Below, piece by piece: positions 7,631-17,695 of a stretch of DNA of 32,000 nucleotides. The notes beneath the pieces are model-generated. The model did no database searches. It was not told the DNA's origin and worked only from the letters and a program-made list of their open reading frames with translations. The DNA is from Clostridia bacterium. GTDB taxonomy: Bacteria; Bacillota; Clostridia; TANB77; CAG-465. The position numbers and the translations under genes were made by a program. Each line of letters starts with the position of its first letter. The first letter of the stretch is position 1. The stretch spans positions 36,812-68,811 of the forward strand of contig JAZSNU010000017.1 in the NCBI GenBank assembly GCA_045536565.1, in the 5' to 3' direction.

Positions 7631-9292
7631 ATGGATTTAGGTTACGAGAAATTGGCTAATTTAATATTTCCAGATATAACTGAAACAATAGATGATTTAG
7701 AGAAAAGATATTCTGAAAGAAACTTACCAGAAGGAGCAGAGGTTACTAGGTTTGCACCATCACCAACTGGTTTTTTACACTCAGGTGCACTTTTTACAAC
7801 ATTAGTAAATAAAAAGATTGCGGAGCAAACAGGTGGTATTTTCTATTTTAGATTAGAAGATACAGATACTAAAAGAGAAATTGAAGGTAGCGCTGATGTA
7901 TTCTTAAATGAACTTGAAGCTTTTAATTTACTTCCACACGAAGGAGTTCAAAAAGGCGGAAGTGAAATAGGAGAATACGGTCCATATACTCAAAGTAAAA
8001 GAGAGAATATATATAAAATATGTGCGAAGGAGCTCATACGTAAGGGTCTTGCTTACCCTTGCTTCTGCACAAGTGAAGATTTAGATAAATTAAGAACAAT
8101 GCAAGAAAAGGGTAAGATGAGACCCGGATATTATGGCAATTTTGCTAGATGTAGAAATAATACACCAGAAGAAATGATTGCAAGAATTGAAAAAGGAGAT
8201 AAGTACATATTAAGACTTAGATCTGGTGGTTCTCACTTAAAAAAAATTGCATTTACAGATAAAATTAGAGGAAAGATAGAACAAGCGCAAAACGATCAAG
8301 ATATTGTAATTATTAAGTCTGATGGACTTCCAACATATCATTTTGCACATGCAGTTGATGATCATTTTATGAGAACAACTTTGGTTGTAAGAGGTGAAGA
8401 ATGGGTAGCATCAGTACCACTTCATTTAGAACTATTTTATGTGCTTGGATTTAAGCAAGTGAAATATGCTCATGTTCCAACTATAATGAAATTAGATGGA
8501 GATAGCAAAAGAAAACTAAGTAAGAGAAAAGACCCAGAAGCAGCATGTTCATATTTCTTAGAAAGTGGATATCCAACTGAGGCAATTATTGATTACTTAC
8601 TTACAATAATTAATTCTGATTTTGAGCCTTGGAGAAAAGGACATCAAAACACGGATATATCAGAGTTTGAAGTTAGACTTTCAAAAATGAATGTAGCAGG
8701 TGCACTATTTGATATGGTTAAAATAAATGATATTTCTAAAAATATTATTGGTAATATGACAACTGATGAATTATTTAATAAAGTATCAATTTGGGCTGAG
8801 AAATATAACGAAGAGTTAAATAGTGTTATTAATAAAGATCCAGAATACTTCAAACAAATATTAGGAATTGAAAGAGATAATGTGACAAAAGTTAGAAAAG
8901 ATTTTGCAAAATATGAAGATATACTTCCAAATATTTCATATATGTATACTGATATGTTTGAAGAAGATATAAAAAACGGATATAACTTTAATGAAAATAT
9001 TTCAAAAGAAGAAGTTAAGAATATTATATCTAAATATCTTGAAATAATTGATATAGATGTAGATAAAGATACATGGTTTGCAAACTTAAAAGAGTTTACA
9101 GATTCTATTGGTTTTTGTTCAAATATGAAAGAATATAAGCAGAATAAAGAAGCATACAAAGGAAGTATTGCTGATGTATCTGGTGTTATTAGAGTAGGGG
9201 TTACAAATAGACAAAATACACCTGATATATATAGTATTATGAATGTACTTGGAATAGATGAAGTAAAGAGAAGACTAGAATTAGTTAAATAA
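7631..9292 (+). CDS. gltX: Glutamate--tRNA ligase (long form, 553 aa)
   Basis: RFAPSPTGFLHSGALFT is the class I HIGH region. SDGLPTYHFAHAVDDHFMRTTLVVRGEEW is the GluRS signature. KLSKRK is the KMSKS-like loop. Confidence 0.9.
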   Translation: MDLGYEKLANLIFPDITETIDDLEKRYSERNLPEGAEVTRFAPSPTGFLHSGALFTTLVNKKIAEQTGGIFYFRLEDTDTKREIEGSADVFLNELEAFNLLPHEGVQKGGSEIGEYGPYTQSKRENIYKICAKELIRKGLAYPCFCTSEDLDKLRTMQEKGKMRPGYYGNFARCRNNTPEEMIARIEKGDKYILRLRSGGSHLKKIAFTDKIRGKIEQAQNDQDIVIIKSDGLPTYHFAHAVDDHFMRTTLVVRGEEWVASVPLHLELFYVLGFKQVKYAHVPTIMKLDGDSKRKLSKRKDPEAACSYFLESGYPTEAIIDYLLTIINSDFEPWRKGHQNTDISEFEVRLSKMNVAGALFDMVKINDISKNIIGNMTTDELFNKVSIWAEKYNEELNSVINKDPEYFKQILGIERDNVTKVRKDFAKYEDILPNISYMYTDMFEEDIKNGYNFNENISKEEVKNIISKYLEIIDIDVDKDTWFANLKEFTDSIGFCSNMKEYKQNKEAYKGSIADVSGVIRVGVTNRQNTPDIYSIMNVLGIDEVKRRLELVK

Positions 9293-9306
9293 AGGAGAGA
9301 AATAAA

Positions 9307-12102
9307 ATGTCAAATGAAAAGAAAAATTATGGGGAAACCTTAAACCTTCCAAAGACAGATTTCCCAATGCGTGGCAATCTGCCAGAAAGAGAACCATTCT
9401 TTTTAGAGAGAATGGAAAATATGAAAGTATATGAGAAAGCATTAGCTAAAAATAAAGAATCAGGTAAAAACTTTATTCTTCATGATGGACCACCATATGC
9501 AAATGGAAATATCCATTTAGGTCATGCTTTCAATAAAATATTAAAAGATATTTGCGTAAGATATAAAACAATGCAGGGATATTATGCACCATTTATTCCT
9601 GGATGGGATACACATGGTCTTCCAATAGAAAAGAAAGTTCAAAAAGAACTAGGTGTAAGTAAAGATGAAGTTGGAATTCCTAAATTTAGAGAAATATGTA
9701 AAAATTATGCCTTAGAACAAGTTGAACTTCAAGAAGGACAATTTAAAAGACTTGGTGGTTTAGGAGATTATGAAAAGAAATATCTTACTCTTACTCCTGA
9801 ATTTGAGGCAACACAAATAGAAGTATTTGGTAAAATGTATGAAAAAGGATATATTTACAGAGACCTAAAACCTGTATATTGGTGTCAAGATTGTGCAACA
9901 GCACTTGCTGAGGCTGAAATTGAATATGAAAATGACACTACTACATCTATATATGTAAAATTTAAAGTTGTAGATGATAAAGGTGTATTTGCAGGACAAG
10001 GAAATCTAGATGAAATATACTTTGTAATTTGGACTACAACACCTTGGACAATACCTGGTAACCAAGCAGTAACTGTAAATAAAGATTTCGAATATTCGCT
10101 AGTAAAAGTAAAAGACAATGAAAAATATATCATAGCAACTGAACTTGTAGATGTTGTAATGAAAGAAGCAGGAATTGAAAATTATTCAACAGTTGCTACA
10201 TATAAAGGTGAAGAATTTGAAAACATGTGGCTTGCACATCCAATTATGGATAAAAAATCAAGAGTGTTATTAGGTGCAGATAATGATCTATTAGTAACAC
10301 TTGATGCAGGTACAGGTTGTGTACATACAGCTCCTGGATTTGGTCATGAAGACTATCTATGTTGTAAAAGATATGGTGATATTGAAATAGTTGTTCCAGT
10401 AGATGAAAAAGGATACATGACAGCTGAGGCTGGTGAATTTAATGGAATGCTATATAGTGATGCTAACGATAAAATAATCGAAAAATTAGATGAAGTAGGA
10501 AGTTTAGTTACATCTAAGAAATTAGAACATCCATACCCACATTGTTGGAGATGTCATAAACCAATTATTTATAGAGCAACAACTCAATGGTTTGCATCAG
10601 TTGATAAATTTAGAGATGCAGCATTAAATGAAATAAAGAATGTAAACTGGTACCCTAAATGGGGAGAAGACAGAATGACTAACATGGTAAAAGACAGAAG
10701 TGACTGGTGTGTTTCTCGTCAAAGAACATGGGGTGTTCCAATTCCAATTCTATACTGTGAAGATTGTGGCAAGGAACTTATAACACCTGAAACAATAGAA
10801 GCAATAGCAAGACTTGTTAGAATAAACGGATCAAATATTTGGTATGAAATGACAGCAGAGCAAATTTTAGCTACTGTAAAAGGTAATGTTAAATGTGAAT
10901 GTGGATGCGAAAAATACATCAAAGAAATGGATATCATGGATGTATGGTTTGATTCTGGTTCAACACATTTTTCAGTATTAAATGATGAGAAAAAAGGTCT
11001 TATGTGGCCTGCAACATTATACTTAGAAGGAAATGATCAATATAGAGGATGGTTCCAATCATCACTTCTTACATCAGTTGCAGTAAATGGCAAAGCCCCA
11101 TATGAAAATGTTGTAACACATGGTTTCTTAATTGATGAAGAAAAGAGAAAAATGTCAAAATCAGCTGGTAACGGTATTAACCCACAAGATGTAATACAAA
11201 AATTTGGAGCAGATATATTAAGATTTTGGACTATATCTTCTGATTATCATACTGATGTTAGAGTATCAAATGATATCTTAGCACAAGTTGCAGAAGTATA
11301 TAAAAAGATAAGAAATACTGCAAGATTTATGCTTGGTAATTTGTATGACTTTAATCCAAATTCTGATTATATAGAATATGAAGATAGAAATGAATTAGAC
11401 AAATACATAATGTATAAAGCAAATAAACTTGTAGAAACAACAATAGCTGCTTATGAAAAATATGATTTCCATATTGTATATAACGAAGTACATAAATTTG
11501 CATCATCAGAACTTAGTAGCAAATACTTAGATGTTGTAAAAGATGCACTATATACATTAAAACCAGAAGATAAAACAAGAAGAGCAATACAGTCTACAAT
11601 GTATGATGTACTAAATATTGTTGTAAAATTAATATCACCAGTATTATGCTTTACAGCAGAAGAAATTTGGAGTTACATGAATCATGATTCTAAGAACAAT
11701 GAATCTTCTGTACTTCTTACTAACATGCCAACAGTAGATGAAAAATATAACAATGAAGAATTAGTTGCTAAGTGGGATAAGATTTATGAAATAAGAGAAG
11801 AATTACTTGGTGAAATTGAAAAAGCAAGAGCAGAGAAAAAAGTAGGTCATCCACTTGATGCAAAAGTAACAATAACTACAAAAGGAAAAGACTACGAATT
11901 TAAATCTGAAATAACAGAAGTTTTAGAAATGATATTAATTGTTTCTAAGGTTGAAGTTGTAGAAGGAGAAGAAAAGAAAGTAGAAGTAGATAAAGCACCT
12001 GGATATAAATGTGCGAGATGTTGGAAATATGATGAGGATATCGGCAGAGATAAACACAATCCTGACATATGTCCAAAATGTATAGCAAATACAACAAAAT
12101 AA
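9307..12102 (+). CDS. ileS: Isoleucine--tRNA ligase
   Basis: PPYANGNIHLGHAFNK (HIGH), the CP1 editing region GTGCVHTAPGFGHEDY and KMSKS are present. The C-terminal zinc motif is CARCW...CPKC. Length 931 aa. RBS AAAGGAGAG lies 14 nt after the gltX stop. Confidence 0.95.
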   Translation: MSNEKKNYGETLNLPKTDFPMRGNLPEREPFFLERMENMKVYEKALAKNKESGKNFILHDGPPYANGNIHLGHAFNKILKDICVRYKTMQGYYAPFIPGWDTHGLPIEKKVQKELGVSKDEVGIPKFREICKNYALEQVELQEGQFKRLGGLGDYEKKYLTLTPEFEATQIEVFGKMYEKGYIYRDLKPVYWCQDCATALAEAEIEYENDTTTSIYVKFKVVDDKGVFAGQGNLDEIYFVIWTTTPWTIPGNQAVTVNKDFEYSLVKVKDNEKYIIATELVDVVMKEAGIENYSTVATYKGEEFENMWLAHPIMDKKSRVLLGADNDLLVTLDAGTGCVHTAPGFGHEDYLCCKRYGDIEIVVPVDEKGYMTAEAGEFNGMLYSDANDKIIEKLDEVGSLVTSKKLEHPYPHCWRCHKPIIYRATTQWFASVDKFRDAALNEIKNVNWYPKWGEDRMTNMVKDRSDWCVSRQRTWGVPIPILYCEDCGKELITPETIEAIARLVRINGSNIWYEMTAEQILATVKGNVKCECGCEKYIKEMDIMDVWFDSGSTHFSVLNDEKKGLMWPATLYLEGNDQYRGWFQSSLLTSVAVNGKAPYENVVTHGFLIDEEKRKMSKSAGNGINPQDVIQKFGADILRFWTISSDYHTDVRVSNDILAQVAEVYKKIRNTARFMLGNLYDFNPNSDYIEYEDRNELDKYIMYKANKLVETTIAAYEKYDFHIVYNEVHKFASSELSSKYLDVVKDALYTLKPEDKTRRAIQSTMYDVLNIVVKLISPVLCFTAEEIWSYMNHDSKNNESSVLLTNMPTVDEKYNNEELVAKWDKIYEIREELLGEIEKARAEKKVGHPLDAKVTITTKGKDYEFKSEITEVLEMILIVSKVEVVEGEEKKVEVDKAPGYKCARCWKYDEDIGRDKHNPDICPKCIANTTK

Positions 12103-12115
12103 CAAAGAATAGAAT

Positions 12116-12149
12116 AAAGGCCCCTATATGAATAGGGACCTTTATTTTA
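12116..12149. terminator. Bidirectional hairpin terminator between ileS and the convergent small gene
   Basis: Stem AAAGGCCCCTAT / ATAGGGACCTTT (one mismatch) with a 4-nt loop, followed by TTTATTTTAT. Confidence 0.7.
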
Positions 12150-12554
12150 TGCTTCGGTAGCTTCAAAGTTATTAAACAATGTATCTATTTTACCCGAATT
12201 CTTCTCTTTAGGAAACCAAAGCACGATTTCTTTTAGAGGTGATGATAGCTTATGAATTGACCAAGATGTGGTGACAATTGGTAAAGTGAGTATTGCGGTT
12301 TTTTCAGGAGCACCGCCAGATTTTTCAGTTTTAAATTCGATAACACCACGTAAAGATCGCTGAGATGTTGATATATATGAAGAAATATTTTTGATTTTTG
12401 ACAAATCAGCATCAATTCCATCCCTTATTGCAAAACCGTATCCTTCGACATCCTTAGTAAAATCAAGAGTTGTCATATATGGCAGTGTATTTATTTGATT
12501 ACCAAAGTTAACCTCCTTACCAAAAGCAAACTCAAACATACTTGAAATTTTCAT
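12147..12554 (-). CDS. Hypothetical small soluble protein (135 aa)
   Basis: Start trimmed to MKISSMF... (ATG at 12554), 8 nt after GGAGG. It is monocistronic, with its own promoter and terminator. No family was recognised. Confidence 0.65.
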   Translation of the reverse strand: MKISSMFEFAFGKEVNFGNQINTLPYMTTLDFTKDVEGYGFAIRDGIDADLSKIKNISSYISTSQRSLRGVIEFKTEKSGGAPEKTAILTLPIVTTSWSIHKLSSPLKEIVLWFPKEKNSGKIDTLFNNFEATEA

Positions 12555-12604
12555 AATATTTTCCTCCATAAAATTATTTATATAACAAAAATTACTACAT
12601 TAAT

Positions 12605-12634
12605 ATTATATCATACACTTCATATTTATGTCAA
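12605..12634 (-). promoter_or_regulatory. Sigma-A type promoter for the 135-aa gene
   Basis: On the minus strand: TTGACA (12634-12629), 18-nt spacer, TGATATAAT extended -10 (TATAAT at 12610-12605). Confidence 0.55.
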
Positions 12635-12710
12635 TTCGATAGGTTCTATATATTAAATGTTGTAACATATGTATGTAGTATAGTATAGAATATATAAAGG
12701 TGATAATTTT

Positions 12711-13853
12711 ATGAAAGAAATATATGTGGATCATAGTGCCACAACTTATGTAAGAGATGAAGTATTAGATGCTATGTTACCATATTTTAGTGAGAAATTT
12801 GGTAATGCCTCATCTGGCTATTCTTTAGGCAGAGAGTCAAAAAAAACAATAGATATAGCAAGAAAACAAGTAGCAGATGCAATAAATTCAAATGCTGATG
12901 AAATATATTTTACAAGCGGTGGAAGTGAGGCAGATAACCTCGTTATAAAAGGCATTGCTTATGCAAATAAGGATAAAGGTAATCATATTATAACTAGTAA
13001 AATTGAACATCCTGCTGTGTTAAATACATGTAAATGTTTAGAAAAAGATGGATTTGAAGTGACTTACTTATCAGTAGACGAAAATGGTTTTGTCAAATTT
13101 GATGAGCTTAGGAATAGTATAACAGATAAAACAATTTTAATTAGTATTATGACTGCAAATAACGAAATAGGGACAATACAAAATATACAAGAAATAGGGA
13201 AAATAGCTAGATTTAAAGATGTATATTTTCATACCGATAGTGTTCAAGCAATAGGAAATATGAAAATAGATGTAAAAGAAATGAATATAGATGCACTCAG
13301 TATGTCTGCTCATAAGTTTTATGGCCCCAAAGGTATAGGAGCAGCATATATAAAAAAAGGAATATCATTTAATCCAATTATAAATGGTGGTCATCAAGAA
13401 AATTCAAAAAGAGCAGGAACTGAAAATGTACCCGCAATAGTTGGTATGGGTAGGGCAATTGAGCTTGCAAATAGTGAGATTGAGGAATATAACAAAAAGT
13501 TAGTAGAGCTTAGAAATTATACAGTGGATAGAATATTAAAAGAAATCTCGGATGTAAGGATAAATGGGGATTTAGACAAAAGATTACCAGGTAATGTAAA
13601 TGTTTCATTTAAAGGTATAGAAGGGATGTCTTTACTTCTTATGCTTGATATGAAAGGAATATGTGCATCTAGTGGTAGTGCGTGTACTACTGGAACAGTT
13701 AATCCTTCACATGTTCTTAAAGCGATAGGACTAGAAGATAAAATGGCAAAAGGAACATTAAGACTAACATTTGGAAAGGCTAATACACTTGATGATGCAG
13801 AGCATATAGTAGATATATTAAAAGAAGCGATAGAAGAACTTAGAAATATGTAA
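12711..13853 (+). CDS. nifS: Cysteine desulfurase, NifS/IscS class V aminotransferase
   Basis: IYVDHSATT is present. The PLP-lysine region is SMSAHKFYGPKGIGAAY and the catalytic Cys loop is SSGSACTTG. Length 380 aa. Confidence 0.9.
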   Translation: MKEIYVDHSATTYVRDEVLDAMLPYFSEKFGNASSGYSLGRESKKTIDIARKQVADAINSNADEIYFTSGGSEADNLVIKGIAYANKDKGNHIITSKIEHPAVLNTCKCLEKDGFEVTYLSVDENGFVKFDELRNSITDKTILISIMTANNEIGTIQNIQEIGKIARFKDVYFHTDSVQAIGNMKIDVKEMNIDALSMSAHKFYGPKGIGAAYIKKGISFNPIINGGHQENSKRAGTENVPAIVGMGRAIELANSEIEEYNKKLVELRNYTVDRILKEISDVRINGDLDKRLPGNVNVSFKGIEGMSLLLMLDMKGICASSGSACTTGTVNPSHVLKAIGLEDKMAKGTLRLTFGKANTLDDAEHIVDILKEAIEELRNM

Positions 13854-13913
13854 TATTCTGTTCTTTATTTTTTCTTGTTATTATGATAGAATATCTAAAA
13901 CGGAGGAGATAAA

Positions 13914-14795
13914 ATGATAGATTTACATACTCATACAACATATTCAGATGGAACATTTAGTGTTAAAGAGGTTTTAACAGAAGCAGAAAAAACAGAAGTT
14001 ACAATGCTTTCAATAACAGACCATGATAAAGTTCAGGCATATATTGAAATGAAAGAGTTTGATGTAAAAGATTACTATACAGGTAAAATTATGGTAGGAG
14101 CTGAATTTAGCGTAGCACATGAAGGCAAGAGAATGGAACTTCTTGGCTATGGTTTTGATATAGACAAAGTTAAATCATGGCTAGATAAAACATTTGCTAA
14201 ACAAAAATTAATAGATGATAATATAATTGAATTTAACGAAATATATGAAACTTGTAAAGAAAAGGGTATAAAGGTAACAGATAATTTACACTATGATCCA
14301 AACGGTTATGCGGTTGATGCAATATATTATGATGTTACAAAATACGAAGAAAATAAAAAGTTTTTTACTGATGATGAATGGAATAACATAGATATATTTT
14401 GGAGAAAATGTTCTAATGATAAAGACTTTATACTTTACTGGGATTTTTCAAAAAGAACACCGTCAGCAGAAGAAGTTTCAAAATTAATAAGAGAAGCAGG
14501 CGGAAAAGTATTTGTAGCTCATATATTTAAGTATCAAATAGATAATCATATTGAACTTTTAAATAGCTTGGTGGATAAAGGTGTTTTAGATGGAGTAGAA
14601 GTATATTATTCTGCTTTTACTGATGAGCAAATTAAATACTTAGAAGATTATTGTAAAAAGAATGATATGCTTATGTCAGCGGGCTCTGATTTTCATGGTA
14701 TGAAGAAAAAAGATAGAAAAATAGGGATAGGATATGGAAACATGAATGTCCAAGAAGAAGTAGTTAAAGATTGGTTTAAAGAATATATAATATAA
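13914..14795 (+). CDS. PHP-domain metal-dependent phosphoesterase (TrpH/YciV-like)
   Basis: MIDLHTHTTYSDG...SITDHD is the N-terminal PHP signature. Later motifs are AHIFKY and GSDFHG. RBS is ACGGAGGAG. Confidence 0.8.
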   Translation: MIDLHTHTTYSDGTFSVKEVLTEAEKTEVTMLSITDHDKVQAYIEMKEFDVKDYYTGKIMVGAEFSVAHEGKRMELLGYGFDIDKVKSWLDKTFAKQKLIDDNIIEFNEIYETCKEKGIKVTDNLHYDPNGYAVDAIYYDVTKYEENKKFFTDDEWNNIDIFWRKCSNDKDFILYWDFSKRTPSAEEVSKLIREAGGKVFVAHIFKYQIDNHIELLNSLVDKGVLDGVEVYYSAFTDEQIKYLEDYCKKNDMLMSAGSDFHGMKKKDRKIGIGYGNMNVQEEVVKDWFKEYII

Positions 14796-14833
14796 TGAAT
14801 AATATTTAAATTTTTGTAAATAATATTAGTATT

Positions 14834-15250
14834 ATGAAGAGATTTTTTATATATGGATTTATAGGTTGTTCTATGGAAGTGTTTTGGACTGGTATAGCAT
14901 CGCTATTTAAAGGGGATACTGCCTTAATGTCACATAGTAGTATATGGATGATAGTAATATATGGCATGGCACTGTTTTTAGAGCCATTTCAAAATATGTT
15001 AAATAATAAAAACTGGTTTATTAGAGGAATAGTATATATGCTGCTTATATATTTGACTGAATATGTTACGGGTTTTATACTAGATATTTTTGATATACAA
15101 GTTTGGAGATATACAGATATATTAAATATTAATGGATATATAACAGGCACATTTGCTCCACTTTGGTTTGCAGTTGGATTATTCTTTGAAAGAGTAAGAA
15201 TGTGGCTTGATAATGTATCTGAAATTGATCCAGAATTAAGTTATGAATAA
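14834..15250 (+). CDS. Small polytopic membrane protein (about 4 TM)
   Basis: The ORF is hydrophobic throughout (FIYGFIGCSMEVFWTGI, WMIVIYGMALFL, IVYMLLIYLTEYVTGFIL, FAPLWFAVGLFF). The RBS at 14834 is weak, so the start is uncertain. Confidence 0.6.
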   Translation: MKRFFIYGFIGCSMEVFWTGIASLFKGDTALMSHSSIWMIVIYGMALFLEPFQNMLNNKNWFIRGIVYMLLIYLTEYVTGFILDIFDIQVWRYTDILNINGYITGTFAPLWFAVGLFFERVRMWLDNVSEIDPELSYE

Positions 15251-15268
15251 TTAAAAAAGTACAAAATA

Positions 15269-15299
15269 GCCTTCGCGTTTTAGCGAAGGCTTAATTTTG
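15269..15299. terminator. Bidirectional hairpin terminator
   Basis: GC-rich 8-bp stem GCCTTCGC (15269-15276) / GCGAAGGC (15283-15290), flanked by an A-run upstream and TTAATTTTG downstream. Confidence 0.75.
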
Positions 15300-15311
15300 T
15301 CATGTTATTCG

Positions 15312-16907
15312 TTATTTTGTAACACTTGTTACATCGTAATAATTATTGGACTCATAACATTTAACATTAATTGTGTCACCGATTTTAACAAGTGGCAAAT
15401 ACTGTTTACCAGAAGTTATACTTGCAATATACAGTTCTTTATCTGAGGACATAATGTAGTAATATGAGTTGCCCTCTATTGTTGCAGTGTAAATTTCTGA
15501 CACAGTTATTTCTTTATCAAGAATCTCTGGTTTAGTAGCATTTAAATTAGATGTATCTTTATTTAATGCTTTCAAATATTCTTGCATTCCGTATTCAACA
15601 CCTAATTTAGATTCTGTAACAGAAAGAATCTGAATGTTTTCAACGGATACAAATGCATACATTTTAACAAGTCCTGCGTTGTCTTTTAATGATAAGAAAT
15701 ATGTTGGAACTCCATTAGCATTAATAAGGATAGGGAAGGTTGAAGAATAATTTAAGTGTTGTACTTGCCCTTTGGCTGAATCCATAGCAGAATATTCCTC
15801 GGCAGATGGCATTTCAAAATATTTTGCTTTGCCAGTTCTCATGTTTACCATCATAAACCCAATGTTAGATTCATCCTGAACAACAGAGGTAATACCAGTG
15901 TACAAATATACATCATTATCAATTGTTACATAGTTATATCCTTCTGTTGATTCTCTTACATTCTTTTGACCGAATATATAATTCCAGAATCCGTTTTCAT
16001 AAGTTCCCCAAGCATCAATCATTTCGACAGCTGTGTTAGCATCAATTGCATGGTCAATCCAAGTTGGAATATTTTTGATATCGTATACCTCGATTTCACC
16101 ATTAATAGGATTTACTAAAATACATCCAGTAGGCATTTTGGCACGACCGATTCCTGCTGTATATCTAAAAGTAGGAACAATATAATATGGATTACCATTG
16201 TCATCAACTTCAAATGAGAAGGTGTCAAATAGTACTGTTCTGAAATTTCTTCTTAAATAACGCTGTAAGTCTTTTCCAAAATATGCAGATGGTGAATATT
16301 TCATACCTTTTTCAAGTCTTACAAATTCTGCTTCTTTTGATATACCATCTACTGTGATATATCCTGGTATACCAAAATGTTTATTACTGTTATACTTAAA
16401 CAAACCAGCATAACCAAGAGGTGAAACTCTAACTGGCTTTCCGCCATAATTTATTTGAGTGTAATTAGTCATTACATTAAACTGAGAAACCTCGTTTGTT
16501 AAAGTTCCCATTTTTCTATTACCTAAAATAGAAGAACTTGCTTTATCAATTTGGGGTACCGTATTCCAATCTACCTGAGGAATTTCTTTTTCAAATGTTG
16601 TTTTTTCTACATCTAATCTTGAATAATGTGCAGAAGAATTACACATAGGTCCGCCTACTAGTACACCTATTAGCAATACTGCAACAAATAGTGCTGTAAC
16701 GCCCCAAGATATACCAGTTGCGATGTATGATTCATATTCTATTGCATCAAATATATTTATACATATACTAAATATTGCGCCAATAGAAATTAGGTAGAAC
16801 CAAAAACCAGGTGATGATAGGTTAAAAGCAGGTAATGCAAAATAGTAAGTTATCCAACTTAAAATAGCAGTGATAGCTGTTGAAACAGCAAATTTAATGA
16901 TTTTCAT
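15312..16907 (-). CDS. Conserved-looking membrane protein: 3 N-terminal TM helices plus a beta-rich extracytoplasmic domain of about 430 aa
   Basis: 531-aa ORF with RBS AAAGGAGAT. The TM segments fall within the first 90 aa. The remainder is rich in G/Y/N/T beta-type sequence. No family name could be assigned with confidence. Confidence 0.75.
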   Translation of the reverse strand: MKIIKFAVSTAITAILSWITYYFALPAFNLSSPGFWFYLISIGAIFSICINIFDAIEYESYIATGISWGVTALFVAVLLIGVLVGGPMCNSSAHYSRLDVEKTTFEKEIPQVDWNTVPQIDKASSSILGNRKMGTLTNEVSQFNVMTNYTQINYGGKPVRVSPLGYAGLFKYNSNKHFGIPGYITVDGISKEAEFVRLEKGMKYSPSAYFGKDLQRYLRRNFRTVLFDTFSFEVDDNGNPYYIVPTFRYTAGIGRAKMPTGCILVNPINGEIEVYDIKNIPTWIDHAIDANTAVEMIDAWGTYENGFWNYIFGQKNVRESTEGYNYVTIDNDVYLYTGITSVVQDESNIGFMMVNMRTGKAKYFEMPSAEEYSAMDSAKGQVQHLNYSSTFPILINANGVPTYFLSLKDNAGLVKMYAFVSVENIQILSVTESKLGVEYGMQEYLKALNKDTSNLNATKPEILDKEITVSEIYTATIEGNSYYYIMSSDKELYIASITSGKQYLPLVKIGDTINVKCYESNNYYDVTSVTK

Positions 16908-17114
16908 AATACAATCTCCTTTATAAAATTATTTTTAAAGCATAATATTACTACGATATACATTATACCATATTTATGTAAACAAATCAAGATATACTTT
17001 ATTATAATATACTTGTTAATATTTAAATAAATTTTATAATACACCATTTAAAAAATATTAGTAATATGATATAATTTGTATGAAAAATATATTAAAGACA
17101 GAAGGTTGTATTAT

Positions 17115-17642
17115 ATGTATATAGATAAACTAGAAACCAAAAATCTTATACTACGAAAAGCAAGAAAAATTGATTTAGATAGTATATGGAATAATATATG
17201 GAAAGATGATAAAATTGCAGAAAATATGCTCTGGGAAGTAACAAAAAATATTGAAGATGCAAATTCTAGGTTAGAGAGAACTATTAAATATCAGTCAGAA
17301 AATTATGCATATTTTGTTTGTTTGAAATCAAATGATGAGCCTATTGGATTTGCTGGTATAAAAGAAATAGAAGAAGGTGTTTATGAGGAAAGTGGAATAT
17401 GCATCGCTCGTAAGTACCAAGGAAAAGGATATGCAAAAGAGGTAGTAGATGCATTAAAGACTTTAATATTTGATATCCTAAACGGCGATAAATTTATATA
17501 TGGATGTTTTTCAACAAATGAAAGATCTAAAAAAGTCTGTCTTTCACAAGGTTTTAAATATTTAAATAGCGTAGATATAACAAGGGATTATGATAATAAA
17601 AAGTTTACAGTAGATTATTATTATTTTGATAAAGATATGTAA
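17115..17642 (+). CDS. GNAT-family N-acetyltransferase (RimJ/RimL-like)
   Basis: LETKNLILRKARKIDLDSIW is the typical N-terminus. ARKYQGKGYAKEVVDAL is the acetyl-CoA binding Q/RxxGxG/A motif. The start was trimmed to Met14 of the track ORF. Confidence 0.8.
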   Translation: MYIDKLETKNLILRKARKIDLDSIWNNIWKDDKIAENMLWEVTKNIEDANSRLERTIKYQSENYAYFVCLKSNDEPIGFAGIKEIEEGVYEESGICIARKYQGKGYAKEVVDALKTLIFDILNGDKFIYGCFSTNERSKKVCLSQGFKYLNSVDITRDYDNKKFTVDYYYFDKDM

Positions 17643-17695
17643 ATGAGAAAAGAATAGCATATGTTTTTTATGGAGAAAAAGGAAGGAGAATGATA

